This document shows positions 10,641-25,600 of a stretch of DNA of 64,000 nucleotides, piece after piece. The stretch is from the NCBI RefSeq assembly GCF_000002075.1, contig NW_004797308.1, forward strand, positions 240,342 to 304,341, in the 5' to 3' direction. Origin of the DNA: Aplysia californica (taxonomy: Eukaryota). The translations under genes and the position numbers were made by a program. Numbering within the stretch: the stretch's first letter is position 1; the number at the start of each line of letters is the position of its first letter. The notes beneath the pieces were generated by a model, which was given only the letters and a program-made list of their open reading frames with translations, was not told the DNA's origin and did not search any database.

Positions 10641-13600
10641 GTAAGTTTGTTTTAAACTGAATTCTTGAAATGTGCATGCTCAGTAAAGAAAGATATATAT
10701 AATTTTGACCCTTCTTCAGTTTTGAAGATGTATATATAGGCCTCTATACATACATGATATATAAAGTTGCTGTCACACAAAAAAAAGGGACTACAACTAC
10801 AACGTTTTTCATACACCCTGTAATTATAAAGCAGGGTCAGGTAGATTTATTCATTTTTCTTGCACCACCAGCAATATGTAACTTAAAAATAAATTTTGAT
10901 TTTTGATAATCAATGGTGACCTTTTTATACCTTCAATGCTAGGATGCATCCAGCTGTAGCCTCCATTATTCTAAGGACAGTCAAACCTCATTGTAACCCC
11001 CCCCATTGTATCACTAGCCTTGCCTACGGCCTGATTTTGCCTTTATACTATGTACGAAAAGGAACGGAGGGGGCTTTGGCCGAGCAGTTAATGCGCTCAT
11101 CTCCGAAGCGGAAAGTCCGGGTTCGAGTCTCGGTTCGGAAACTGATTTTTTTCGCCTCCTCCTGCCCACCTAGCAGTAATGGGTACCTGACTTCGAGTTA
11201 GGGAAGTAAAGGCGGCGTGGAAAGAAACCGGCCACCCTACCACAATATGCTGAAGGCCCAGGAAGTTGTCTCACTAACAAGGCAATACCCAATATCTGGA
11301 TCGGATGCGGGAACAACTTTACTTTTACGAAAAGGAACACCTGTGTATATAAATTAAATATATATATTATTTTCACCTTCACACCACCATCTGCCATCGG
11401 CCAACTGTCTGAGTTGCATGGTCCCTATGTAACTAATACAAATTTACCTCGCTATACCATCAGTGAACTTGCAGTCAGAGGTATACACTGCACACAGCGC
11501 ACATTACTCACTGGTTGGCTACTTGATAATCTTTCTCCCATGAGAAATAGATAGAAATAGAGAGAGAGAAGACTCTCGGCTCTGAATACATACATCACGG
11601 CGCACCGGCAGTGGAATTTTAGTTGCCGCGGGGGGTTCCCCGCCGGGCGCCTTATCACGTCGGGGTCACGGGGGTCAGCTCCCTGTCGCCACTCTGTCTA
11701 GGCCGACTTAATTTTTGGTACTTTTCAACGTACAATTTAAGGTGCATCCTGGTATTTATGGTAATTCTCATTTAGTGCACCCAAAGCACGCATTTCTGCT
11801 CTTGAGACTCAAAAAAGAACGGACGTTGTAACCTGTCTGGTTATTTCGTTAGACGCGCTGGAGTCGGCAATGCTAAATTGTAATTTTTTTGAGACTAGCG
11901 TGAATGAAAAAAAATCAATATAAAAAAAACCGCATCGTCAAAATCTGTCGAACTTTTGGAATATGAACGACATAACATTAGTGCAGATACTCAGAAAAGA
12001 TGGTATCTGCGCTTATAATAGAAGGCTGTAATTTTGCAATTTTATCCATCGGGCACACAATTCGCTACGAAGTAATTCCTCCAAATACAACTTTATGTGT
12101 CTAATATAATCATGAATATTCGCATATTTTCTCGAAAGTTTATAAAAGTTATCATGAAGTTTCTCAATGAAAAGTACAAATCGATTTTAGTGCTAGAATA
12201 TATCTTCAACGCAGATCTAATACACGAACAGTATCTGTTACACTCCAGAAATTGCTTACTTTTCTTAAAACGCGAAGTCTAGGTTTTGTAAGTTGACTGA
12301 ATAATAGGGATGACTTCTCGTAATTGGGTTATAAGAATAATTTCTAGCTTTCCAGGGACACTGAATCAGCACCAGACTTTTCCAGCTTTTTTTACGTTTC
12401 TATGACCATTTGCAATAACTGACAATGTGACTGATTTCTTTACATGCATAATTGTGTCAGCGCATATTTCCTACACAAAAACTAAGAATGAATGTTTTAG
12501 CTGTCGTTATTTTTATTCCATACTAGAAGTTTATCTCTACCCATGTATTTACACGGTTTTGTGGTTTTTTAAATCGCTTATTTTATATCTTTTTAGTTGT
12601 ATGCAGGCTGCCACAGACACAGCATGATTCATGAACAAACGCAGAGTAACTTTCTCTTGTTTAATAGTAAAATAACAGCGAACGCTGATCGTCTTTAGTT
12701 AAAATATGCAGATGTGCATCTTTCTTCTCTTATAACTTGACTATTACTACTACCGCAGATTTAAGATTTCTCATGGTAAAAGACATGATATTCGTAGTCA
12801 GTTTAACACAGAATTTGGAGAGATCTGTCGTGCCTTTTTTAAAATAACAATCATTTATTCATAACTTTGTAACTAAAATAGGACAAATTGGGTACTCTAC
12901 AAACACTTGTCTAAAACAAAAACTAAGGCACAGAAACTAACCATTCTAACGCAGAATAAATCTCAAGACATTGAGCTTTTAGTACATTCGCGTAATTGTT
13001 TGCTGTTTGGGATGGGGAAGAAGTTATATCGTTTTAAACATAGTCAAAAATGCGAACTTCCCGACCGACACCGGCAAAGTCGCCTCAGGGCTCATTAACC
13101 CCGTAACCCCGAGCCGGGGAGCTCCGGCGGGCTGCTGAGTCACGCGAACTAAAAGTAACAGAATCGGGCGAAAAGTGACGCCGTGACATGTGGATGTTCA
13201 TATATATAAATATATCACCAAGAAAAACACAGATTGCACAGCAGAATCATGTTCCTTAACTTTGGGCTATACAAGAGAGGAACTTGCTGCTAAACTGCTA
13301 GCCCAACTGTTCCGCCAACTTCATGACCATCCCAATGGTGGTAATATAATGAGGTTTGACTGTAGATTTATTTTGATGCATTGAAAGCGATAGCATTGTT
13401 TAAAAACCTTATTGTAGAGAAGTGATGTGCAGGGCCTTTATTTCCATTGAACATCGTTGAAAATGTCTACCTATTGTCGAGGGTAAAAATGGCAGTATTA
13501 GTATCAGACAGGTAGCCATCTTACACAGTATGATTATAATGTAAAAATAAGTAAGGGAGGAAATATATAGGTGGTTTTCTTATACAGGTGGCCGTTAAAG

Positions 13601-16600
13601 CAGGTAAGTAATGTTAGGGATTTCAGGACTTTCCTGAAAGATATGGTACAAATTTATCTCTTGTAAAATACGCATTGAATAAAATGGCAACTAGAGCACA
13701 CTTTGGGATTTTTATTTGAAAAGATCTTCTTGACTTGCTCTCATCATCAATGTAATTTGGTATTTTTTTCTGTTGGCTTAATGGTTTGTGCATTGCTCCT
13801 TTACAAAATTTTCTTTAAATCTTTTAAAAATGTCGTCCCCTCATACAAAAAAATCCCCATGTTTGTTTTAAATGCTATCCATTAACTCTAATAACTGTAT
13901 CCAGTGGCCCCTAAATTAACCTTCTTGCCTGTAGTACAGAGTAACATTGATATGTGAATACAACTTTCAATCAACTTTCATGTGTTTTGTATGCCTTACA
14001 CAGTATCAGTGGAGACTGACACCACAGAGAGTGTCTGTCAACGTGAGATTGTTGTCAAGGAGATCGCCTCAGAATATCATCTTGTTGTGGAACCAAAGAA
14101 CTGTACAGAGTGTGTTGACTTAGGTTCCTGTGCTGAAAGCCAAAATAAAAAAAGATGTACTTTTTCATTCAGTACTGTTTCATACCTCAAAGACTTTTAC
14201 AAGCTGTGTTTTGATGCTGCCCAGCAAGACTTGGACAAATGTGCATGTCCCCGTTCTGTGAAGAAAAAGAAACGGCAATCTTGTGGTCCACAGATCTTAT
14301 TTAAGGAGAAAGAGTCTGGGCACGATTCTTTGGAATCTGAGGACAGACATCGTGGAGTAAGTTGAGCCTTATCTTTTATGTTTTCAATACAAAACAAAAG
14401 TGGCTTTATAGATCTGTTTTCTTCCCTCTGTGTAATATTATATCATGTCAGGAAATACACAATGTTAACTTCTCTGGAATGGCGATGCATTTATGGGTCT
14501 ATCTCCACCTCTTCATTCGTGTAGTTCTTACGTCAGACTGAAATTTCTTACATTTTTGCTGAGCAATACATCAGTTTTGATTTTTCAAGGAATAAAGTTT
14601 AGCGTGCCAATGCCACAGTTTACCAGAAAAAAGAAAGGTGATCATACAGCATGTGTTCTAGGCAAATCCAAACAGTTGGACCGAACTGGTAATTTTGAAT
14701 CAATTTCATTTTTTATTTCTTAATATTTCAGTACAGTACGTTTTTGTTTTTTTATCTCCACCCACCAAGACTTTATAGAAAAGTGTAGAAGTTTTGGGGT
14801 AAATGAAAAGTCTTATTTCATTTTTTTTGTTGCATTCTATTTCATGTAATATAGATCAAGAGTAAGAATTTTTTAGCAGGACAAGAAATTAATTAAATGG
14901 GAGAGGCGACCTTCAAGGTCTATTTTTTATGATTGTTGCCCGAGATCAAATATAAGTCTAGCATCTGCATTTGTCACGGCAGCGATTTTTGGCCTTTTTT
15001 GATCCGCGAATCGCGGCCACGATTTTTGTTTTTTTTTCAACAAAAAACACCGCCGGGAAGAAAAAATAAATTAAAAACAACAACAAAAACTAGGAATAAA
15101 ATTCGTGGGAAAAAAAAAAGAAACCAAACCTCTTTACTTTAAGAAAGAAATTTTATTTTCACTTTCGTTTCACTTCGTCTCTTTCTCACTTGTTAACACT
15201 ACGTTGATTTGTAATTTTCATGTGAAGAATATAAGTAGGCGACATTACATACTATTTATATTGCTGTTTCTCTTTCATGTTTCCCTCTTTGTTGAGTTTT
15301 ATTTTGTTGGGGTGTTCATTTCTTTTTCTCTTTATTGTTCCGATGTGTTGTTTTTCCTTTTTTGTGTGTGTGTGTTTATATAGTGTAATGTTCTTCCCAT
15401 CTTTGAAAAAAAATGTGTTATAGTTGTGTTGCAGCGTGTCTCCACAAAAAACGAATACTGACACTGGTAGGCCTCATGTGTGTGATTCCAGAATTTACAT
15501 CTAATATCCTGTGCTTTTTCTTGAATAATATTACCCACGTTTAGTGTTAAAACGGCCAGTCTAAGGATGGGTTGTTGACACACGCCCTTATTTGTTAATT
15601 TTTGTGGTTGTTTATTTGCAGTTTTAATTTTGATTTCATTCTGTTGTGATACCTTTATTGTTCACGTTTTTACACTCTGTGTGTGGGTGGTTGTCGGGTG
15701 CTCTGATGTGGTGTGCTTCTTCTTTCCTGTTAAACATCTATCATCCTTATCTCCCCTTCTTTTTTTATGTTTGTTACTCTCTTGTAACATCTCTAATCTT
15801 CTGGCGCTCATATGACCTTTAACAATTGCGAGCGCCGTAAAACCCCTACTAAAACTACTAAGCTAAAAAATTAATGGCAACTTTTTTGGGCAACTTTTGC
15901 CATTTTTGTGGCAACTTTTGGACAAAAAAAATGGCAACAAATACAGATGCTAGATAAGTACACATATAAGTTAGGCATAGAAAAATCTCTTGATACATAC
16001 TTTTATTTTTGCATTGCTACAACGGTTGCTATGGAAATTGCCGCCATCTTGAAAATAAACAGTAAATTTCAAGTCCCTAAGGCTTTAATTCTTATTTACT
16101 GACAAAATTTGTCCAAATTTAGTGAGAGTATATTTGAACCAGTCCCTATCAACGTAAGAGACAGTATTGTTATGGAAGTGTTAAAGAAAAAAACAACAAT
16201 TTTCCCGTTGTATATAATAATCTATATAATATAAATCTTTTCAAAATTTTGGTTGCCTAATCGCTTGCCAACGGAAAACCATTATTTTTTTTAGCAAATA
16301 TCTCTCTGTTATGTTAATGGCAGCTTTGCCATCTATGTTTCCTGAAATTTTCACGTCAAAAGGATGAAAACTGAGGAACGAGCCGGGGACAAACTGCAGA
16401 AAAAAAGACATTTTGAGAAAAACGAAAGTTATTGTAAAAATTCACATTTTAACCCACCCTCATGTTTTCAAAGGCAATTTACGATGAGCTATTTTTAGAC
16501 AAAGAACTGGTTGACTTTAAAAAATCAACCAACATCTTAATTTGCATAGTTTGACACAAAATTGGCCAATCTGAGGGTCGCTCCTTCCGTTAACTCGCTG

Positions 16601-19600
16601 CACAGTGGCTGAACAAATAAATTGTGATGCTTTTAGAGTTTGGTATGAAAGAAAAGAGGTCATTTTTTGATGAAATGGTGTACATGTCTGTAAGTCTACG
16701 GCTACAAATGTTTAAAAAAAATAAAATTATAGTTGCTGCAAACTTAACTATTATGTCTTAGGTTTACTCAAGGAGGATATATAGTAAGGTCCGTGGTTTT
16801 ACCCCAAGTTGACAAAATTTCTAGTGCCAAGGTGAAGTTTACTCTTGCTCAATAATTAATTCTTTGATTTTACTGTTTAATATAAGATTTTTACAAAGAA
16901 GGCTATTTGTCAAATTAATTTTAAAATACCTTTAAGTACCACTCATTTGCTTTTCTGGAGGTGTTGGGTGCTTGGCACATGGCAATGTTTCTCTTTTGTG
17001 ATCAGTAGCCTGGACAGTGCTTTTGTTAATTCTTTATCATTCATGGATGAAATATTATTTTACTATTTCTTTCTTTACTTCTTCTCACTAATCAGTAATT
17101 CCTGTCATTGTTATTGAAACTATTCTGGGACTGTAAAGTAAATTTTAAAATGAAGTGTTTGTGTTTTTACGCCACCATCGACACAATTTAAATCATTTAG
17201 GAGGTTAGCTTCCTACCCTGCCTGTCAGGGCCAACCCAGGTACAACACCCCAGTAGAAAGACAGAGATTTTCCATTAAAAAATTTCCCCACTTGGGAATT
17301 TAACTCGGGTCTCCTGAGTGCAACAGCAAAACACCTAGCTACTACTCCAGAAACGTCAGTCTTTGGATTTAAGGACCACTGATCTGTCAGGATGACAGTT
17401 TAAACAATTCAACTTTTTCGATTGGAAAGTACTAAAATTATACAAAATATTGTGAGCGTTTTATTCTGGGGAAGGGGGAGGGGGGAATTATTTGGCTTTG
17501 AAATGTTGGTTAAGGAAAGGACATACTATAACAGAAAAACGGAACTCATTCATAATGTAATTCTTCTCTCTCTCCCCTCAGGCCTTAACATGTGCAAGAA
17601 GAAAGGGCCCGTCCAAATGTGTCTCCATAGATGGAGGCAGTCTGTCTATGGTGTACAAGGGTGGAGACTTTTGTGGAGTAAGCGGCTTTACCAAAGTGTA
17701 CTTAATGCCGGACGAGAGAAATTTGTGTAAGTAGAATTGTCAGGCTGTACAAATTTGTGGGTAGTAATAGAGAGGTATAATAGTCAACTAACTGCGGAGA
17801 ACAAATATTAATAAAAATTATAATGATAATAATAGTAATAATATAATGATGATAATAGTAATGATAAAACTTTGGCTTCACTTGCAACTTTAAGCAGATA
17901 CATTCATGTTTACGATTTGTACTTCAGTACTGGAAAAGTTTCAGTGAGCAAACTATAAAAGAAACTTTAGTGTAAAAGGTCTCATCTTCATGACTAAACT
18001 GGCGATAAAGAGAATTTGCCTCGTGGCACAAGCTAGATCACTCTTATAAGTGGAAAGATGAATAGCTTTGTTACTCTTCCTACACTAACATCTATTTTTT
18101 TATAATCAGGCCCATGGCCTGGCTCGTACTGAGTTACTTCCGTCCTGCCTGGTAATTAGGCTACATGTGACCTTAACTCTTTGGCTACCAAGGCATTTTC
18201 CACGCTGTGACCAAGGCATTTCTTAGTCTTAGAATTTCAGAAGTACCCCTGTTCTTCTTTTGTGTCTGATGGGCATAATTCCATCTGGAAGTCAGACATG
18301 TTATATACCAAAATGAAGCTAATTGAATGTAGAATATTTTCAATCTAATAAAAAAAAATTGAAAAAAATCATAAATCCAAACAAACATGGGAGAGCTGCT
18401 AAATCCAATCACTTCATGACTTGGTCATACTGAAGTATATCCAATTGTCTCTAACTGGGCCAAGTTTCATGCACAATGGTCAAGTATATAAAAAGTTGTC
18501 GCACTTTTGGTGAAATCACTCACAATGAAAAAAAGAGGAAAAAAACGCTGCACACACGCCCCTCTTTGCGAATCTTCATTCTCATCGCTGTCGCTGGTGT
18601 CCGACTCGGGTCGAACTTCATCACCTTCTACATCACTATCCGAAAGTATTGACAGTTCCTCATCAAACTTTTCCAGGGCTTTTGAAGCAGAAAAACGTTG
18701 TGACGGGGGGGGGGGGAACCTGATGGGTTATCAGCCATTTTGCCGTTGCTATGCGTGTAAACTAATTCGAGCAACACAGGGCGGGTCAAAAAAACATGAA
18801 AAAATGCCCCCAAAATAGCGGAATAAAACACAAAAGGCGCTAAATTCCTTCACTGCTTGACTGATGTATGGTAAGCAGAGCAGTTAAAAACATGAAATGG
18901 GAAGGTTGAGTCAAATTGTGGAAGGGAAAGGGAAAGAAAAGCGCGAACTGATAATTCGGCTCTTGGCCAGGAACTAGGAAGTTATGGAGCCCATAGATCG
19001 GCTCATGGTAGTCAAAGAGTTAAGACTTTCTTTGTTAGGTCCCTGTCCTTGATACTAAATAGCTCTACATTAGTCTTACTCTCAGCTGCTCCTGAGGAAG
19101 CCTACTTTTCGAAACGTCAGGCCAATTCAATAAACCAAATTTTATAAACATTTTTTATTTATAAAAAAAATAAATTTTTGTCTTCCAATCAATCAAGACT
19201 CTCCCTACCGACTCAGATTTTTAAACGATGACCAAAACTGGAAGTGTAACAAGCACAGCATCAACAGAGCTAAGCTTGAGAAAACTGGGGACAGATGGTT
19301 GAAAATTGCAACTTATCGATAAAGGAAATAAAAGAAATAAAATAGATAAAATGAATAAGTTATATTGTATTTATCCCCGTGGGGGAAATTTGAGTTACAC
19401 TGGCAAACATACATACATAAATGCATAATTAGAAATACATACATACATAAATATATCGGTACATACTTACATAAAAATAAACAATATTACACCAATACAG
19501 AACATTTTCAAAAACATGCCATTGCTGGTCGTCACTGTGTAGCACCCTGTTTTTTTTAACTAGGGTTGTCATGTCTTGCTCAAGGACACACATCAGTGAT

Positions 19601-22600
19601 CACCCTTTTGAACCGCGTGTCACTGACATTTGCTTAACGTTACTTTTGAGTCTGAACTCACTAGCCACTGGGGTACTCTGAGGACCAATTTCAAGACAAA
19701 ATGAAAGAAAAATAAGAATCAACACTGGTATAACGCCTGAAGCAAAGCAAGTTATGCAAAAGTAAGAATGCAAAAATTCAGTCGTTGCTCTCACTTCCAG
19801 TTTTCTGGCGTGCTTTGGGCTAATTTATGACTTGCGCCATCATTACAGAACATAAAATGTGGACCTGTTCAGCTCAAACACTGAGGTTAGTATTGGTGAA
19901 AAAGCATGAACAGCAACAAATAAGACGGATAGTACAGTTGACTACTGGCTTCTCAAACTCACCAAGACCATAATCTTTCTCTCATTTAATTTGCTGTAGT
20001 TTTAGGAGTCTAGACTGTTTTTAAGTAATGTCAGTGATGCTCAATAAATATTTTGTGCTACAAACTATAAACTATTAACTGTTCCAAATTGGGTTTTTCT
20101 AAAAGATCAGTGATAAGAAGTCGGTCAATTTTTCTTTAACCCTAGTTTCAGACACTATGATTGTTCGGTCCTCATCCTGCCTTTAAGGAAAAGTAAGTTA
20201 GTTTCTGGGCCCCTTGCTGTTTGGACTGACGCACAACCTCAGAGGTAGTCTGAGCAATGAGAACAGCCTACCCACCCTTTCTCTCATCTTCCACCTGTCT
20301 TTTTTCCTTCAATCACATTGTGGATGAATTTAGGTGTCATAAGTCTACACATGTAAGGGCCCACAGTGTTGCTTACCTACCGCATCCATTTCTTGTACCC
20401 AGTCTTTTTTAGAGCAATTACGCAACACACACTGCCCCGACTCACTCATAGCAGTGCCAATGTTAGACAAGTATTAGAGGTTTTTCTTTGTACCTGCTGA
20501 GGCCTTTCTAGGGACAGGTAAACAGAAGAATTTGACTCTGTCAGCGGCATCATATTTTATTAATTTAGTGAAAATTGTAGCATGAAAAAATATTCAAATT
20601 TCTTGTTTTTTAAATTTAGTTTTGCTGCCTTCATTTTTTTGGGGTTTTATTTGGAGTTTTAGAATTACTTTCCTAATCTGTTGCTTTAAATAGGTCATGT
20701 TGTGACTAGTTTTTATTTGTTTGTAGATTAATTTTTTGGTTTATTTATTCTATTGAGGGATGGGGGTGGGGATGGCTTTTCATTTTGACCAATTATTTTG
20801 GTTGCACATCTTTTTCACTGTTACAGCTTCGGTATTTGGTTGATAGAGCAAAGTGTACATATTTAAAGTCTCCTTATTCAGTAACCACAAAACAGAAATA
20901 ACCATAATTGGTATTAATGGAAAGCACAGACAAATACATTTTTTATCTGTTTATAATATTGTCAATATTATAACACATAACCAGAACTGAAAGAAAAAAA
21001 ATTGAAACAAATCTCATAAATGCTAAAATGAACATTCTATATCAACACTCAATGGTAAAATGTTAAAAAACACTTGACAGTAAGTGCGACATGAAATTCC
21101 TCACAAGTACAAGCAATTTGAATAAAACAATATAATGAGAACAGGTTTTATTTTTCTTTCTTCATAGCAAATGCTTGAAATGTGCTGCCTTCCCCTGGAC
21201 ACACTGGTTCACATGTCTAGCTATCACATTCTGGCAAGTGACTCGTGTGATTTTTAAAATCATTTGTCTTATTTCATTCTTCAGTTCTATATGATCTTGT
21301 GGGACACATTTTCCCTAAAGAAGTCCCACATAAAAAAAAAATAAGGTGGATTCAAGTCCAGGGAATGGGTTTCCTAGTTATTTCCTGTTCTCTAACTGAT
21401 ATCTTGGAAAACGTCTAGCAGCATGGGGCGAGTTGCTCTTGAGTGCGTGGCAGTGCTCCATCCTGTTGGAACCATGATTGCTGCACATCCACACCCCCTC
21501 TCTACAGAGGTGTTAGAAGTTGTCTGAGAATTGACCTGTAGTTAGTCGCATTATACCCAGTGCCCATTGGCACGATCGGTTCAGTTCGGTTTGGTAGGCA
21601 GGGATAGCCTAATTGAGGATGCAAAGCGACTGTCTTGGCAAAAACCAAATGCCCGACTCGTGGCCTCAAAAACAAATGCGTTGGTTTTCAAGGTCATGAG
21701 TTGGGCAATCGGTTTGTATTAGAGAACGGATCCCTCAATGGGCGCAGGGTAGTAGCTGTAATGGTTGCACCTGTCTGGTCTGGAAAGAAAAAGGGAACCA
21801 CTACTATCTCACTACTCATTGCCCACCAGGATAGGAGTCTGGGGAAATGGAGTGGACTCATAGTCACAATGTCAGGTTTCGTTGAATCCCACTAAACATT
21901 TGACAGTCTTTTCTTCGACGTGGAACTTTCTTTGGACCTAGTCCATAATCTATCCTAAGTTCACACACACACAGAAGAGTTGGTTTCATAACATTATTCA
22001 ATAATTTAAATTCTTATTTCCCTGGAGCGAGCCATTTGTACAACTTTTTGCTTGTTTTCAATTGAAGCAATTGTGCTGTCAACGGTCTTTTCCAACTTCC
22101 TCATCTCAACTGCTCAATGTAAGACTCAATCATACATCACTTTCCAGTATGGCATATGGCACAGTCTTACACTTAGCAGTGGATCTGTGTTCTGAATCTT
22201 ATAAGAGTAGAGATCATTCCTGTGCTGTTTTGTGCTCCCAGGATTTCCCTTTCTTTAATCAAGAACATCTGAAATCGCTTATTTTGACATGTTTGAGTGC
22301 TTTTCTTTTTGTCAGTGTAATAAAAATATTTTGTTGGTGTTTGGGCAAAATAAAAGAGTAAAAGAGAAGTGTTCCCTTATTTGTTTTTATTTTTAAAAAG
22401 ACTTTCAGTGATCTAAAAGTTTGATATGTACTTAAATGTATGTAAATTTCCTTAACACTTTGCAGTCACACAACTAGCAGTACAAAATACTCCATCTGGT
22501 CACCCAGCTAGGAGAGTGACTGCAACAGACTTCTCGGGCCTGGCGAAGTTTCTGCGCCAGATGACAGGAATGGATAATTTTCACCACCGCATTATTGCGC

Positions 22601-25600
22601 AGAGTGACCACAAAGTGTTAAATACACTGTTGGTTTCATTAAATCAGTGTGACTAGTATGAATATGTAGCCATTTGTTTTTTGTCCACATACTGTATTTT
22701 TTATCGTTTTACTTGACTAAGTTGAAGAATTAGTGAAAAAAGTGTATCATGACAAGTTGCCTCTCTCAAACAAATTTATCGAATGATATCTCTAGGCGTT
22801 GGTGGCCTAGTGGTTAGGCTCTCGGACTCGCAACCGTAAGGTCGTGGGTTCGAATCCCGTCAGGGACCCGACGTTGTGTCCTTGGGAAAGGCACTTTACA
22901 CGAATTTTCCTCACTTCACCCAGGTGGGAATGGGTACCCGGCTATAGACAGCGAAAGATCTTGTCAGTTTGTTAGTGTTTGAGCGCTTAATCAGCTGCTT
23001 GCACTGTATGCTTCCCGGGAAGCTGAGAATGTTTCGGAATGTTCTATGGTCTGCTGGGGTAATAATATAATGTAAAGCGCATAGAGCCTGCTGTTGAGCG
23101 GGGAATATGCGCTATACAAATGCTATTTATTATTATTTTTTATTATTTCTTCAAGAAAACAGCTTGTACCAATTGTAAGGGAATTTTGTTTACTTTTGTT
23201 GTTTATGGATTTTGTTGATATTTGTAGATTTCTCATTTCTTGTTTTGTGGGGGTTTTTTTGTTCCCCAGATGATTTGAGCAACTGGAGACGTTGCAATAT
23301 ATATACAAGTGGGGGCAAGGCCAAAGGAGTTCTTGTGTCGCAGCTTAGTCGTGGACTTGATGGCTTTCCTGAGCGGTGTTACAGGATGTTACATTCCCCC
23401 TGGTCTTCCAATAGCAAAAGTGGACAGTTTTGTTTCACCTTTGTTCATGCAGATTTTGTGCCACAGGGAGCAACACTTATGATACGCCATCTGTACTCTT
23501 TTGAATCCAGGTACCTACGTATAGTCGAAGTGATCCAATATGGTCGCCTATCATTGATGGGAAAAGTGATTATCTTAGACAGGTGGATGCTTTGGACAGT
23601 GTCATTATAGTAATAATATAGAAAAAACCAAAGGGATGAAGTAGGAAGTAGTCATTTTCACTGGCAATTGTCTTAAACAGGTCTTCAACCTGTTAGCGCA
23701 GGTTCAACAGTGTTTGTTTTTTAGGACATTGTAATTATTCAGGCTGTTTGCATGACTGTACATAATCTTAACATTTCCACTACCCGTGGTGTCAAAGTAT
23801 TTTGTGACACTGCTTATCTGTAATTTTTGTTCCTGGTACTCTATGCACTTCACATCCCAGTTTGATGCTCTGAGCTTGGCACCTTCTATAATGCCTACAT
23901 GTATGTCAGGTCTTCAGGTGATATAAACTGGGAGTAATCATGGCCTCAAGACGTCCTTTTTGTAAAGCAGTGATGTGGACTTTACAAAAGTAAAAGCGAA
24001 AGCCTCCTGTCAGTTTCATAAGCTGCATAGTTATGAAGAATAAAAATAATTTAGCTGTTCTTCTATTCTGTAGGTTTAGACATTGCTAATTTTGTCCTTT
24101 TAGATATAAAAAGTATTGAACCTGATGAACTTAATAACTTCTGTTAGACAGGCCACACATGATGTCTTTGCTCCTGACTTTATTCTTTTTATTTTTTTTA
24201 TGGCTAAAAAATGAAGTACCCATCTTTTTTAAACTCCAGGCATCATTTGAGGATTAAGATTTGTATTATTATATATTGTAAAAGCGTATTTCACTTTTTT
24301 CAGTAATAGTTTTGTGCTCTAAACTGCAAGGTTTATTATTATATTTTTGCGATGTACTTTACAGCATTTATTTGTATCAGGGCGTACAGGCATTGTCAGG
24401 TCTTCCCCTTAAGTAATGTTGCACAGTTTTTTCTGGGCCATTAGAGGTCATTTTGGTGTCCATGTCACTACTACTACAGTGAAACTAGTAGTATGATAAT
24501 ATTAGGGTTCCCTGCTACAGAATACCTTTCTTTTATAAGTCTTTCCAAGAAATTTCTAATAATATACACACTTATGTACTCTGCTTGTGCGAGTTTGAGT
24601 CAGTATATATGTTACAGTAAGAATGTGTACCTAGTGAATACGCGTAATCACTGAATATTTCAGTGAAAACGCGTAATCCCTGTTTCACTCGGAGATTTCA
24701 CGTAATCACTAAAATAATCAGGAATTACGTGAAATCTCTGAAAAATGGTCATGGTAATTACGCGTAATCCCTGATCAGACATGTGTAGTATAATATACGT
24801 TTGTAAAAGTTTATTCCTTAAAAAGTCANNNNNNNNNNNNNNNNNNNNNNNNNNNNNNNNNNNNNNNNNNNNNNNNNNNNNNNNNNNNNNNNNNNNNNNN
24901 NNNNNNNNNNNNNNNNNNNNNNNNNNNNNNNNNNNNNNNNNNNNNNNNNNNNNNNNNNNNNNNNNNNNNNNNNNNNNNNNNNNNNNNNNNNNNNNNNNNN
25001 NNNNNNNNNNNNNNNNNNNNNNNNNNNNNNNNNNNNNNNNNNNNTAAGCGTTTAAAAATTCTAAAAAATGATCAGGCACATACAAAATTGTATTGCTTGA
25101 NNNNNNNNNNNNNNNNNNNNNNNNNNNNNNNNNNNNNNNNNNNNNNNNNNNNNNNNNNNNNNNNNNNNNNNNNNNNNNNNNNNNNNNNNNNNNNNNNNNN
25201 NNNNNNNNNNNNNNNNNNNNNNNNNNNNNNNNNNNNNNAACAAAGCATTTAATTTTTTTAAATGGCAGACACCATTGTTGTTGTTGTTGTTGTTTCAGTT
25301 TTCAGTTAAATACTTAAGACTAAAATCCATCCAGGTCGTCACTTGTTACAACAATTGAGGCTGCTATGACAGTGTAAGTTACACCTAAGACCTGCTTTAC
25401 GGCATTTACATCGCCTTGAACTACAGTTTTTGGCACCAGTACAGTTGCATCTTATGAAGCCTTGTTCACCTGGAGAGGATTGAAATATCACCGCCGAACG
25501 CAGTGAAACTATTTTTTCGGTGTTTATGTCGTCAGTGTTCAGAAGATGCTAAGGGCACAGATCGAAATTATTTCTGGAATACAAACCACTGAGAATACCA

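Larger units (their letters stand above)
10978..13362. mobile_element. pogo/Tigger-type MITE expanded by nested SINE and Chapaev-like insertions
   Basis: Left cagtcaaacctcattgtaa... and right ...tataatgaggtttgactg|ta are inverted repeats; related ends occur near 32975 and 40935-41090. Confidence 0.6.

Noticed and set aside
11596-13185. CAC-terminated element as a RAG/Transib-like transposon
   Set aside because: The TSD is 4 bp rather than 5, there is no CACAGTG heptamer/nonamer, and no RAG-like ORF.
17422-17730. Listed ORF MESTK...GLNMCKKKGPVQMC
   Set aside because: Wrong frame. The phase-compatible frame homologous to gene B is ALTCARRKG...
22796-22870. tRNA-like sequence (also 11066 and 42149)
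   Set aside because: It continues into a SINE body and tail, and is multicopy or TSD-flanked; not a tRNA gene.
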